From assembly GCA_043228905.1 (NCBI GenBank), contig JBHGNT010000015.1, forward strand, positions 6,386,001-6,450,000: DNA of 64,000 nt, given 5' to 3'. Source of the DNA: Azolla caroliniana. Taxonomy: Eukaryota; Plantae; Polypodiophyta. Below, one piece after another: positions 38,661 through 52,936 of this stretch (position 1 is the first letter of the stretch; every line of letters starts with the position of its first letter). The notes under the pieces are model-generated. The model ran no database searches, had not been told where the DNA came from, and saw only the letters and a list, made by a program, of their open reading frames with translations. The position numbers and the translations under genes were made by a program.

Positions 38661-39732
38661 AGAAGGTGATTGGGTCCAATAGAACATGTGGGTTGAACTA
38701 GATAACTAGATATACTTTGTAAAGGAAAATAGAAACATACAGTGTTTTTCTAAAATTCCTATAAATTTGCACTTAAAGTTTTGAGTTGTTATGTCAAGCA
38801 TGACATGGAGCTCAGATGATTGATAAAGACCGAACATAAAAGGGACCATCATTTCTCTATGTAGTAACTCTTGTTAATGTGAGACGTTCAAATAACTCTT
38901 GTTAGATAACTCAACTATAGCGAATACATTGTTGTCACTCTTCTACATCATGGACAAGTTAAAGACGAAGGTGATTGCATTGATTAATTGAGCACAATGG
39001 TTGATCTAGGCACTTAATATATTTGTATAACGGATAACATGTAATAATAGAAAATTAATAGAATTCTTCAGAATTCTTCCTTTTTTTGCGGCCACATTCC
39101 CATGTAACAACAATATCAAGCATGAAAAGGGAGCGGGAAACTAATTGCGAGAGAATCGAGCACATAATTGGAGTATGCAAAATGCTTTCACTTTTGATTC
39201 GCAAGTTGGGGTGAGAAAATATATTGTAAAGTTAGAATGACTTCTTTTATGGCAATTGACGGTGTAAGAGAAGTCATGAAATTGCAACCATGTAGAGAGC
39301 CAACTTTGCAAGGTCACATGTGATCATATTCGACATTTGAATTGGAGTGTAGGGTGGGATTGAGTTCGTAGCGGTAGTATTTAGATCCCCCAGAAGAGTT
39401 CTATACGTACTTGTTTGTAAGTTAGTCATGGTTTTCATAATGAAAGCCATTGATATTTACACGAAAAAACAAAGAATCAAGCATAGAACCCAAACCAAAA
39501 GTCCTCCACGTGTGACTCTTTAGGACGGGTTAAATAAAAATGTGATGTGAGGCGGTCAATGGGGGAGTAGGTTGTGATAAGGACCAAGAAGGTTTTGCCC
39601 ATCCTCGAAGAGCTTGATGGAACCGACCCAATAGTGGAGGGATGGCAGAGTAGTTGACTCGATATGGGTTAGGAGTTAACCAGGGTTAGTTATGTACTCA
39701 AGAAATTAGGCTTTTGTCCGAGGGGTCTTGTT

Positions 39733-39763
<31 letters not shown>

Positions 39764-42259
39764 AAAGCACGCGTGGAAAAGGAGGTGAGAAAAAATATGT
39801 GGGTTTTACTTATTTATTTATTTATATATTTTTGTTGATTTAATTTTTTAAGGTAGAGAGCGTCGAGGACGGAAGGGAGGAAGAAAGGGCAGTAAAAAAT
39901 ATAATAATAATAATAAATAAATAAATTCGAGTAAATACGAGTAATAAATAATTAGGCTTTTACCAATTTGCCACGTCAGCGGTGGCGAAAGGCATAGTGG
40001 AAGAGAGAGGAGAGAGAGAGAGAGGGAGAGATGCGCACGTCGCTGCGAGGTAGAGAGAGAGTGAATATCCTTTTTTATTCATTTCTTTATTATTTTAGTT
40101 TTTTTGGGGGGGAGGGAGCAGGGGAAGGGGCTATTTTATTTAATTAGCTATTTAATTATCTATTTATTTATTTATTTTTCAGTCGCCTCCTCCTCAAGGC
40201 TTCTCTCTCTCTCTCTCTCTCTCTTGTGTGTGTGTGCTCAGCTCGAGGTTAAATGAAATTTTAATCAGTAATTCAAAAAAACAAGAGCAAATTCTTATCC
40301 TAAATTCCAGTTATAATTTCACACTATAGAGTTGAGTCCATACAACCCACACACACACACATGCACACCCCCATTGGGTGTGCCTGCCTATGTGTATATC
40401 ATCAAGGATCAATCATGGGCTGTGCATATCTCTCATCATCGAAGCTTGATTCAGGATGCTTCTTCCCCCATGCCAATTACGATGCCCGTGATAAGAAATC
40501 GGGCATTCGCACTCTTATATGTCTCACATTCTCCATGTTCTCTCATTAGCATTTACACACACACCTGCATTGTGTAAATCAAGCTCACGATGATTTTTGT
40601 ATGTGTTCAGTTCGGCTATGCCTCTTGCATTCTTGTCTACTCTTGAAGGAATTCTGGAGTATGTTTGCTCCATTCAGCTTGTAGCCTCTAAAGCACTAGT
40701 CTACGTATGTGCATATGTGCCTACACATTATCAAACTCACGATCTTGAATACTAAAACTTGAATGAAGGTTGCAAAGAACTTTCAAGGATGAGCATGTGA
40801 AGAAGCCAACCCAACCTTCAAACTTTTCTTGACCTCCTCATCATCGCCTCTCTCTCTTTCGAAACCCATTATGGGTTTCAAAATAAGCTTGTCGGTGGAT
40901 TATATTTTTAAAGTTCCAAGTATTGTTGAATTTTCATGATCTCGTTTAGTTTGAGTTCTTAGAATTGCTAGCTTGTCATACACAATGACATTATTTTATT
41001 CGAGCTATATGTACTTCTCTCAAGGGCGGTTAAAATATTCCAGAATTGTTGATGTGCGAATCAAATTTAAGGTGCTCATGGTTTCACGTTCAAGGCAATT
41101 AATAGTGGAGATGTAAATTCCCGCAACCCAAGCGAATGACATTGAGATGAATTTGTTCACAAAATCATGAGCGATCTGAAGGGGACTGCTAGCACATGAT
41201 TGCATCGTCATCATCAATTCAAGTCTTTCGACATATCAAAGGAATCTTAACATCATCCCTAAATGTTTGGCAAAGTCATATGTTTACATCCAACTATATG
41301 GTCATTACTTTCTTTTGCAAGACCATAATTCACTCAATGGTGATGTATGCGGTCGATTAATGCCTAATTGTTCTCAATGAAGACAATCTTGACAAAATTC
41401 AGCTCTTCTTTTTATGTCGGGGAATGGAAAACTAGATTTCTAAAAATGTTTAGGGAAAATGTTCTAAAGTAAAGCATGGCAGGGACAAAGTTGGGGTCAT
41501 GCAAAAATGTATGTTATTTAATGATGGATGTATGACCATGGCCGAGATGATCCAATATTGTCATGTTGATGGTGGATGAACAATCAATTAGTGGAGTGTA
41601 TTTGGAGAGGGTCAAGCCCACTTTCATTCATGTTTCTTGATAAATTCAACATCACAAGGGTTCATCGCATGTGGAAAAGTGCAGAACATTGGCTTGTTGC
41701 AAAATGCCGACAATTACACACTCAGAATTCCTATATCCAAATGATGAGAATCATAGCCCAAGCAATATCTCGGATCATTCCTTGCAAGGAGGGTGGTAGT
41801 AGTAGTAGTAGTAGTTGTTGTAGTTGGAGAGTTGGATAAACGATGCGATATAGTGTTCACGATTCAGAGCCTCGTTGCAAACGGGAACGACATAAGAAAC
41901 AGAAATGCTGTCCAATAAAAAGGAAAAGGACACACAACAACCTACATACTAACTTACCAGAGTACTACTACGTAAATCCTCCCCACGTTCTCTTATCAAA
42001 ACAAACAACAGAATTCCTCAATATAAGTAGTGAGACATGTAATTCCTTTTTTGTAAATAATCATTCCTCTCTAAAAAATAATAATACATTCACCAACACA
42101 CACACACACACATACATTATTACATATATAATCCCTTTCCTCTTCTACGACGAGTAGTTCTATGTTTTACATATATAATCCTTTTCCTCTTCTTCTACCA
42201 CTAGTAGTTCTATGTTTTGTTTTGTTTTGTTTTTAAGGAATTGGCTAGGTCTCCTCTCT

Positions 42260-43974
42260 CTCTACTCTCTCTCTCTCTCTATATATATGCAAAATCTTCT
42301 TCCTGCTTTAAAATTCCCCTCTTGTCTCTTACTTCTCTCTTTCCAACTGAATTCTCTTCCTTCCATTCCCTTCATGTTTTACTCTTGTCATTTAAAAACC
42401 TTCTCTCTCTCTCTCTCTCTCTCTCTTTCCCCCCTAACTTCCACATACAGATTACCACTAACTGCTGCAAGAATTGTATTATTATTATTATTATTAAAAA
42501 TCCTCAAATTCCTTTCTTCCCTCCTGCACCACGCTACCGCCATAGCCAAACCCCCCCCCCCCCCCCCCTTTTCTCTGTCTGTCTGTCTGTCTGTTTGTCT
42601 GTGCTTACATTAGCCCAACTACACGCAGCGTCACAAAAAAGTCAGCGACCCTCCACCATTCTTTAGCTGTCGAATCGATCTATCTATCCTTCTGTCTGTC
42701 TCCATTCACACAGGAAACCCTAACATCACCATATCCTACGAATTCCAAAGCTCTCTTACATTAAGTCTGCACACCACGTATATATGTATATCACACACAC
42801 ACACACACATTTAATATAATACTCTCTCTTTCTCTCTCTCTCTCTCTCTATCTGGCCTGCCTCTCTCTGCCTTTTGATCTTCTGTGACTGCAGAGTACAA
42901 CTATGGCAGCTGCATCGCCATCACTTCCACCAGTACCTTTTCCCCCCCAGAGATGATGATATATTATATATATATATATATATATACATACATACACACA
43001 CACACATTTTCCTTCTAAAACTTGCGTTACTACTACTACTTCTTCTTCTTCTTCTGCTGCTGCTTTTACTTACATACTTACACAACACAGAAGTTCTCAT
43101 TAATTCTATTTGTTCTTCCAGCAAGCTGCAACAACCTGCAGGGGCGTTGTTTTGCTTCTGAGTTTTTCTCTGATCATCAATCTCTGTGCCAGACCTCTCT
43201 CTCTTTCTCTCTCTATTTTCTGCAGAGAGATTGGCCATTAAACACTAGGCCAGTAAGTAAAGTACTACGGTGCTTCTCTCCTCCATATATATATATATGT
43301 ATATAGCAGCGCAGAGCTAGCTACGCACTGACCTAATTCTCTGTGGGTTCTGTCTCTGTCTTGGACGTAGCGTCTTGGCGGTCGCGTTTGTGTCTATATA
43401 TATATGCACACAGACTGCAGCTATGTCTGTGTATATTTACGTGTCACGTGCCTGCCAACCTGATTAACTTCTATAACTGCAGGGTTATAAAGAAACCATA
43501 GCCATAGCCATAGCCATAGCCATATAGCCATAGCTAATAACCCATAAAAGTAATGCTGCTAGCCATGTGGTCGTCATCAGCAGTACCTTCTTCTTCATCA
43601 GCCATCATCATCATCATCATCATCATCATCATAGCCATCATCATCATCATCATCATCATCAAAATCAGCCATCCACTCTATATCCATACGTTGGTTTCTC
43701 TGCAGAACTTCATGCGCGCAGCCCTCAGTCCTTTCGTTATGGGAATAATAACAAGTCTGCCGAGAAATGCCGTTTCTCTAATTTTTTTGATCTGTTGAAG
43801 CAGAAAGAGCGTCAGCTTATCAATAAAGTTTGCAGCTGATTTACCTTGATCCTCGTTCTCATCTTCATCACCTCCTTCGTTATCCATTGTCATCATCATC
43901 ATCATCATCTTCATCACCTTCTATTCTGTTGATCGTCTCTGTAGCAGAGAAGAAAGAAGAGATTTTTCGTAACC
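42260..43974 (+). promoter_or_regulatory. Probable promoter / 5' UTR of the WOX gene, rich in (CT)n, (CA)n, (TA)n, (GCCATA)n and (CAT)n microsatellites
   Basis: Directly upstream of the ATG at 43975. CT-rich tracts are typical of plant 5' regions. ACGTG motifs at ~43438-43450 and TGTCTC at 43351. TSS not determinable. Confidence 0.45.
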
Positions 43975-46900
43975 ATGTTTCCAGTGAGAGATGGAGATTC
44001 TGAGCAGAGGCCGAGGCCAAGGCCTAATGTGGTCTATGGCGAAGAAGATCGAATGGTTGTTATAAGGCCATCTCCCCACCTCCTTAATTCGCAGCATGCT
44101 CCTAACAGCACAGTGAATAGTCCTCACCATGGCATCTCTGCGGCACGCCATAGCCTGCAACAGTATCGCGACATTCACAGCATCGAGCAAGATCATGATC
44201 ATGATCATTCGACCGGATTTCATCAGCAATTTCAACTGTCGTCCCTGCCATTGAACTCGGTTAATTCTGCCTCGGATTCTCAGTCCCTGACAGATCACAT
44301 GGTAGCTCCTTACAAGCAAAATTCTAGCGGCAGACATGCTAATTACATTCCGAGTAATATGGACGAAGACGCGTTACTGATGAACCCTACATCATCGTCG
44401 TCGTTCTTGCAACAGGCAGATCACACAGGTCTTAATGCTTCTGTATCAGGTTATACTACTGCTTATAATCATAGCCAGAGAGATCAAATACTGCAGAGCT
44501 TGCAACGAAGCAATGGTCTTCTACCTGCATCTGATCAGACGCAGTTTCAACTTCCTCGTGAACAGTTATACCATCCATTAAGTAGCAGTGGTAGCTATGG
44601 CATAGATAACTATAACAACAATAATGGTAACAATAATAGTAACAATCATATGCTCATGAGCCTGCGCGCTAGCAACTACGGCTATGGCGGCTCTGGAAGC
44701 TCGTCGAAGAATCAGTTTTATGGTGCTGGTAATTATTCTCTTCCATATCCATTCGATCTGAGAATGATGCATGATAACGCCAGTCCAGTTAACAAAGATG
44801 ATCTTCACGAGCTTCGACAAGCAGAGTACGGAGCTATACTTAGCCCCCTGCAGCAGGGAGCATTGCCTTCTACATACAGTAATTCTGTGTTGAGCAAGAC
44901 ACTAGAGAATATAGGAAGATCCACAGGCTCATACAGTACTTCAACAGCAAACACAAACGCAAACACGGCATTAACTGGCACAGGGTCGCCGAAGCCGATG
45001 GGAGCAAGTAAGAAAGAAAACTCCATAGCTAGAACCTCAGAACCTTCTACTCATGATGATTCCTTTTTCTTTTTTTTTCTGGTGTAGGCAGTGATGATTC
45101 TGTTTTGAGCATTTTGTTTCCATTGTTTTGATAATCGATCTGATGGTTGCATTGGCATGATGGGATCGATCCGCCTCCTCCATGGATTGATCTGATCTGA
45201 CTATGATAATGATGATGATGATGATGATGATGATCTGTGTTTCAGGGGATCAAAGATACGAAGAAGTCTGTACACCCAGGCCGCGATGGTGCCCAACGCC
45301 GGAGCAGATTCAGATACTAGAGTCGCTGTTCATCTCTGGGACGACAACGCCGTCACGTGATGCCATCGTGGACATAGCTTCTCAGCTCAGGAAGTATGGC
45401 ACCATCGCTGAGGCCAACGTGTTCTACTGGTTCCAGAACAGGAAGGCTAGGGCAAAGAGGAAACTGCAACCCCCTCACCAGTCACAGTCTCATGACATTC
45501 TCATTGGAAACGCCATGGATCCTCATTCTCATCATCGTCATCAACAGAACAAGCATCCATCGTCGTCTTCTTCCTCTGCAGATCATCATCACCATCACCA
45601 TCGCTGTGACGGTGATGCCCCACCTGTTGAATTAGTGGAGATGAAGAAGCAGCAGCAGCACAAATCTCGGAAGGTGCAGCAGCCTGCAAAGAGGCCCCGT
45701 ACTAACTCTAATTCGGCCACCAGGTCCACTGCTAGTAATACCACCGCCAGTGGTCATGGCCATGGCGGCCATGGCCATGGCGGCGCCTCCAGCTCTGAGC
45801 AATCTCTCGACAAGGGCAGTGGTGGTGGAGGAGGTGCCTGCTCGTCCATGATAACGCCATATCCATCCCTACCTGCACAGCTTACTCAAGCCGACAGACT
45901 GATGTGCAGCTCCGCTCAGACGCCTTCTAGTGTTAATTCCTCCGCGCTTCATCTGGTTGAAGAAGCCATATCTGAACCGAATAGTTATAACGTGGCCTCT
46001 GCGAGCGGTTCCAAGAATCCGGATCTTCAAGTTTCCATTGATTCCGCGTGTACAGCCGCAGTTCCTTCTGAGAGTACAGCAGCGACTCCAGCAGAGCGGC
46101 CTGATCATTCTTCTTCCTCGCCATTCTTGCACTGGCCGCTGCAGCAATACGTTAATCATGAAGAACGACATAGGTCTGCAGAGCTCCATCACCATAGCAG
46201 CAGCTGTGCTAATAATACTACTGATGACGATGCCATAACCACTCCTTCTGCTCGCCATCCTTATGATATGAACAAGCTCATGAGCTTCCATGGTTCCATG
46301 GCATCTTTCTTCAGGCGGCCTGATGCAGCAGCTACCTCCGCATTACCTAGTTGTGATTCTAATGCTGCTAATTATGGGATGATTCTAAACACTGCTGATC
46401 ATTCTCGCATCTCTCTGTCTCTTGCTCCCCCTGCACAGCATCAATTACAAGCAGGTCCGCCATTGCCGCAGGACTCCTGCAGTCGTATGTCTGCATCAGA
46501 TCATAACTCATCATCACCATCATCGGCGATTCATCCCCACACTCTCGCCATAGCTCGAAGCTACGAAGATCACCCTCCCGACCATCAGTTTCTTCAAGCA
46601 ACCATGAGGAAAGGTAAAGAAATCGGCATCACCTCTCACTCTCTTTCTTTCCCTCACTCACCGTCTTTCTGTCATAACTCAGAGATGGGAAACCGAGCCA
46701 TTATGATTCCTGCTAATAACTAACGGTACTCCTCTGATCAGTCCATTCTCTGTTCATTGGAGACGAATATGTCGCAGGTCGAAAAGCCGCAGCAGTAGTC
46801 TGTGGTGTAACTGTAGATCTTCTTTGTCTCACAGAATCTGTTACGGGTCTCTATCATCTTCTGTCAGGCTCTCTTGCAGGGAGAATCCTTTGTGATCTAT

Positions 46901-48282
46901 CGTGCAGCCTTTAAGTATAAGCCGAGGATCTTCTTTGACTCTGTGACGATTAGAAGCGAATACATTCATTCCAGCCATCGCTGAAAAGCTTTCAATATCA
47001 CTAGATAGATCAGACCTCTATCTTAGATGCTATGCTTGCTCAGTTAAAGAATGAAAGAAAGAAAGAACGGGAAATCCTTTTGAAAAGGCATAGCCTGCTG
47101 TTTCTCGAATCATTTCACAGCTGGTGATCTGGTTTTGTATTAAATGAATGCCATGGAAAAAGCTTCCTTCCTGTGTTATATTGTTTATCACATGAACCTA
47201 CTTTAACAGAGATCCGATATGTATAGCCATCGCATGTCAATACCCTTCTCTGTACATTATTGAATCCACTGGTTAAACGATGTCCTCTCTTTTTTACCAG
47301 TTGCTACGCAAATATGATGTAACTGTTCATTTTATGATAAGGAGAAAGGAAGGAAGCTATTGATTCTGATCTAAAGGTTCTCTTGAGAAGACCCACCCAT
47401 ATCGAATTTCCTGACATGGTTCTCTCTTTTCTTTTAGGGTTTTTGCTTGTGAATGATACTTCGACGGAGAAGAGCTTAGGAGAGGAGGAGGCCGAGAAAG
47501 GTGGAGGTCCGGTAATGGTGGATATGGCGGCCGCCAGCAAGAATCCATATAGCAGTAGCAGTAACCAGCAAATTCCTGCAGGAAATAACGACTGCAGCAT
47601 TAACACTATTCTGCACGACGATCAGAATGTGGTGTTCCCTCGATTAGAATCGTCTTCTGCTACAGCCAGGCCCCTCATCATGACTGGACTCGAATTCAAT
47701 GAATTGGGCACCACGACTATTCCCTGCAGCAATCATCTTCATCTCTGTCATTCGACTCAGGTAATTCAACCGCCTCCATATGTATTTGAACATGTTTCAC
47801 CAAGGCCTGATTAACCTGCTGCAATTTCGGTCTAAAATCGTAGGATTTATTTGTTTATTTTCTCTAAAAAAAGCCTGTAATTAGATCAAACTGGTACGAA
47901 TTTTCTTTTCTCTCTAAAGTTTTCATGGGTTTGTGACATCCCAATGCATGTTTTCCTTGAATCTTCAACAAAGTGAGTGCTAATTACAATTAGTTAACTC
48001 CCATGGAAGCAGTCTTTTGGTGACATACCAATGCATGTTTTCCCTGAATCTTCAATAAAGTGATTGCTAATTACAATTAATTAACTCCCATGGAAGCAGT
48101 CTTCTCTGCCTAATCTGGGGAGTAGCGAGACCCCGAAGCTTCGGTCGTCGTCTCCAATGGCAACATTGCCGTCGGACGACCATCTCCAGCTCTGGGAAGA
48201 GATCGATCCTTGCGGGAGTCTGAGTAATTGGCCGGCCAATGCACCTCCACGGCCCCAGTATAGCCCACATGAATCATCATAG
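43975..48282 (+). CDS. WOX: WUSCHEL-related homeobox transcription factor, predicted exons 43975-45007, 45246-46613, 47438-47760, 48100-48282 (~968 aa)
   Basis: Homeodomain PRPRWCPTPEQIQILESLFISGTTTPSRDAIVDIASQLRKYGTIAEANVFYWFQNRKARAKRK (~45275-45463). The NVFYWFQNR helix 3 points to intermediate-type (fern WOXA/B-like) rather than WOX13 (NVYNWFQNR) or WUS (FQNH). GT-AG introns with matching phases 1,1,0 give a continuous 2907-nt frame. Exons 1-2 are solid, exon 4 is least certain. Confidence 0.85.
47934..48103 (+). repeat. 87-bp tandem duplication of the branch point and acceptor of WOX intron 3
   Basis: TGACAT.CCAATGCATGTTTTCC.TGAATCTTCAA.AAAGTGA.TGCTAATTACAATTA.TTAACTCCCATGGAAGCAGTCTT occurs at 47934 and 48021. 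Confidence 0.9.
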
Positions 48283-49871
48283 AAACAACAGGGTAAGGTA
48301 AGTTAAGGGTATTCTTCCATTCATTCCCCCCCCCCCCCTTTCTACTTAAAATGTCTTATTTTTGCTTTGTGTTCCTTCTCTTTCATTCTTAAAGGTGGTA
48401 TGTGCATGATGTATATGTCTCCATCTCCATGGCCACAGCCATCTCTTGACATTGTTTGTTTGTCTGTGTGAACTTCTGCAGAGATGGAGGGGGAGGGGGT
48501 GATGGTGATGGTGATGGTGATGGTGATGGTGATGATGATGATGATGGATGAGTATGGATCATGCATGGATGTGAGTATGGAACCACAACCCTTCTTATGA
48601 AAAGGCTAAAAGAAAGAGAGACAGAGACAGAGGCGTAATGGCATGGTGAAGCAGAAGAGAAGAGAATGGAAGAACATGTGGCCACCACCTTCCATTGAAG
48701 ACCCCAGTTTTGATTGCACTTTCTTTTAACAGCACTACAGTCCTTTCACACATTCTTTACTTGCTTGGGGTTGGCCTCTCTCTTCTCCCAATTGCCATTC
48801 CTTGGCCTTACCATATATATACATACATATACATAGCAAAATCCCAAAGTGTTCTTTTTTATTAACAAACATTGGATTGTGTGTTCTGATTGCCTAGCTC
48901 ATGTCATACAATTAATTGATTGAGTTGTCTAATGATTGGGCTGCTGGTGTCCCATAATTTCTAAAGGTTTGTTTAAATCACCCAATTTTCTTGCACAACA
49001 GTTTTCTTGCTTTCACACAATGCATGATGGACACTTCACATATATAACCTTACAAAGCATGACTAGGTGCCAATGTATGTGATACATTAGGTCATTCATT
49101 GTATATGGATTGGCACATACTATATGTATTGACTAGTTGGTAGGAGCTGTGATATGCATGTGAGTCGAGTAGATGTGGGCATAGTTTCGCATGCATTATA
49201 ATGACATACCTGTGAAATGCATGCCTACCAAAATTGGATTGATATTGTACCCCTTTGATGAGTGATAAGTTTCATCTAAATTCTATCGTGGAAGAAGTCT
49301 GAACGTGTTCATTCTCGATTGATATCGGCATTACTTGATTTTATTATGGTGTTGGTTTAAGCTCTATATTGTTAGTTTAATGTGAGCATGTAAATCACTA
49401 AAAATCTGGCTTCACACATCACTTTCTACACAATCTCACGGTGCATTGGTTATAATGTGTTCCACAGAGGCAAAAATGTGCACCATATTCAGGCCACCAA
49501 TCATTGATCCTGATCATGTTATGTAACATATCTGACAATATTATAGAACATATGATATTCTAGCAAACGCAGAAATACATGGTCTGAGATGAGTAGGTTA
49601 TACTTGCCACGAAGCAGAAATCTATATAGAAAATTGGTCAGTTACTTTTAGAGAGGATTAATGAAGTTCATTTGGATCACACAAGCGAATGCTAACAACG
49701 AAGCTTTAAAAGAGGAGGGAAACCATAAAGTATGTTTACACGAAAATGTGAAATTATTGAAGAGCATCTATGCCTAAAAAGTGCTATTGTTATTCTCTAG
49801 TTAGGTTGTTTTGCTAGTAGAAAGAGAAAATGATGAGATATTGAAATATACAGAGAACATTCACGAATGAT

Positions 49872-50030
49872 GAGAGAGAGAGAGATTTTACTATATGGCT
49901 TTGGAGGTCAAATATGACCTATGGCAGCAAAAGTGAATCACATTCACATAGTATGTGGAATTGAGTAGTGATTCTCAAGTCCAAGAGTATTAGTGATAAT
50001 GCAAACATGACCAAATAAACATATGGCCTT
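49872..50030 (-). mobile_element. Short 3'-terminal fragment of a LINE related to the 30919-35120 element
   Basis: The minus strand reads ..ATCACTACTCAATTCCACA...CATAGGTCATATTTGACCTC...AATCTCTCTCTC, matching 35010-35120. Confidence 0.7.
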
Positions 50031-50849
50031 GTGTGTTACTCGTTCCTCACCAAGGGGGTTATTACATTGGAATAGAAACTCTCTATGTGAAAATAATGCA
50101 TACAAATGTGCTCACCTATATCCAAATTGAGGTTTAAGTTTGCCACTTAACATGGTGATGTCCGTTTAACCAGTTGTCATACTTCCTTATATGTTGAGCA
50201 TGTGAGAAGTAAGTGATATCAATCCTCCACAATGTTCTCATTGCTTGCCTACCTTGTATATTTTAATGCTTGGTGAATGATGCCATGATGCTACGTCAAT
50301 CACCTAACTAATGTGAGTGAGTTTGAAGAAGTGTTAAGGCTTTTTGAGAGCCAAGGCATGGCGGATAGTAAGACCTTGTTTTGGGGAAAAGATTGAGGGT
50401 TAACAATTGCAATGTAATATTTCAATTTTGACATTTAAGCATTTTTCCATTTCATCCTTAGTGTCTTTATTAATCTCCTCAACCATCATATGCTTTTGCT
50501 CTCCATCTTTTAAACTATTTCACCTAGTCGAATGAGGGGATTTTGCTCTAATTAGCTTTTATACCTTGCATCATATGTTACAAGCCTATTTTTATGAAGA
50601 AAGGGTGCTTCCCATTAGTTAGGTAAAATGTTTTTACAGTCCAATATGTACACCAATAATGTAATCCTAGACACTCCACAGATCTATCTACCACATTACC
50701 CTATCTGGCACACTCCTCTCTATTTATCATTAAACTCTCTAAAACCAATATTGATCATGAACAAAAATATATTTTAATCTTCATATATTCTAGGACCATC
50801 GGTTTGTGTTGATCATCCAATCACCTGCAAAATTTCAGAAAAATACCAT

Positions 50850-52000
50850 GTACCTTCTTGGTTGGGCTACCAAGGTGGATATAGTCATTGAGTCGTGGTG
50901 TAACACCACTTTGACATGCCGTTTACATAGTCCACCAAGGGTAAATCTGACCATGAATGTGGAAAGGAAAGTGCCACAACTTCCATTGTGTCTAAAAAGC
51001 ATTGTAGCTCTTCATATTGAGCTCGAATATTCTTTAGCATATCATGCCATAGAGCACTGATTGTCTCCTTTAGTCGACTTTCTTCTCCCGAGAGACATGC
51101 TTTGCATATGGATTTCTAGATGGTCCATGGTGTGATAGAGGTTATGGTGGGCCAGATGTCACATTGCTTATTTTAACACCAAATTTGCATTTCCCTTGTT
51201 GGTTGTACAATGCATTTATTTCTCTACATACAAAATGCCTTTAGTCTACCTAGGTTTCCCAATATCCAAGCTTTCTTCTCCAATCGGCACCATAGTGTGA
51301 ATCCCAAACATATGGAGCCTTTTGGTCTGCTCTTGATTAGTATTCTCATCACTTTAGACCAAACTTCCTACGCATGTGACCATTCCCATAAGCAATGTTC
51401 TAGAGACTCTATTCTTGAACAACACAACTTGCCCATCAATTCCCCTTTTTTTCAGCCAAGCGCCTACTAGAAGAGACCTATGGCTACATAACCATAAGAA
51501 TGGTTTTATTTTTTCTGTAATCGTTGTGGTCCATAATTGTTTCCAGTATAGTTTTAGGAAATCGTCATCTAATTCTTTCCTGGTCCACCTGCTAGAAAGG
51601 CTTGGTTGGTCCATGTTCTTGCATTATAGAATACTGCGGCCAAGTTTAGATGAATATTGGAAAAACTGAATAGTACCTTTCAAAGTTTTCCATCCTAGTT
51701 CCATTGGATCCCACGTCATGTTCTTAAGGCATGTACCTTTCAAGATCTAGATTTTAGAAACTGCATCACTTTTGCATCTGTCCGTGTCTACTTCCCATTG
51801 GTTTTTGCATCTAGTAAGCAATTTAATTGGCATCCATTCTTGGATTTCTACCATTGTTGGAGAGCTCTCAGTATTTGCATTAGCTCGTATAGTGTCATGT
51901 ATATCCCCTTTGGCATTGATGCACGCCAATGTTCTAATAAATGACCTTGCCAAGGATACATCATCCTAATGACGTACTTGAGTACTCTTTTAGCACAATC
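50850..52000 (-). mobile_element. Degenerate L1-clade LINE ORF2 C-terminal fragment (zf-RVT region)
   Basis: WKQLWTTTITEKIKPFLWLCSHRSLLVGAWLKKRG matches the zf-RVT consensus W..IW...P.K...F.W......L. Boundaries are approximate. Confidence 0.65.
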
Positions 52001-52936
52001 CAGGTGAATATCCCGAGGTTTCTACATGAATTGGTTAAGTAGAAAGATTGATAGTTGAGGTCGGGTCGTGTGATGATAAGATAGATTAAGCTACCGATCA
52101 GCTGATGGTACTAAGTCGGCTTGCACTCTTTTGTTCTAGAGTTGGTATTGAGCTTAAGGTTTCGATCAAGAGGGGTTGACACAGGTTTGCACTCCGTCAT
52201 CCCGAACTTCTACAACAAGTTGAGAATGTAGTGCCGTTGGGAGGTCACGATCTCGATTGGTGTTCAAATTACTTCTATCCCGATGAAGTAATGGAGCTCC
52301 TGCATGTCTTTCATTTCGAATCTACCAGATCCACCTGCAATCAATCACTTTCTTGTGTGGGGTGCGAGGGACAAGATCCCATGTCTCGTTCTTGCATAGT
52401 GCTTGCATTTCCTCGTTCATGGCTTCGACCCATCGTGGATCCTTGGTTGCTTCAAAAACGTTTTCTGGTTCTTGGATTGTCGCCACCTTCATCATAAAGG
52501 CATAGTGATATGCCATGTAGTCATCGTAGCTGAATTGGCTAACTGGATTCTTCTCTCGAGTGGAGCGACGGAGTTTCTCATTCATGGCGACTATGGTTTT
52601 CGTAACTCCATTCATCTGGATAATTGGAGCATCAAGTCATTTGAACTCACTATCGAGGGAGTAAGACGATTCGTTGTCGTCCGGAACTTTGTACTCCGGC
52701 ATCTTGGCCTTCCCTTTGTCAATCTTCGGACTTGGCTGAAATGTGTTTCGATCGCTCGGATGCTCTTAAGGTCCACTAAGCTTGGTCGTAGTTGGAATTT
52801 CTTCGAACATATGCCAATTTGCGTTTTCCGTGAATGCGCGCATCTATTCCTCCATTGCGGTATACCAATTTGTGTCCTTTGCCGCTTCTGCATAGCTCTC
52901 CGGCTCACACACTCCCGCCACCTTCGCCATATACGC

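Noticed and set aside
43553-43839. Poly-His / poly-Ile ORFs upstream of WOX
   Set aside because: Produced by a (CAT)n microsatellite. A uORF role cannot be supported from sequence alone.
45203-45245. Poly-Met start of the 506-aa homeodomain ORF
   Set aside because: It is an (ATG)n microsatellite in intron 1. A phase-compatible acceptor at 45245 joins the frame to the upstream exon.
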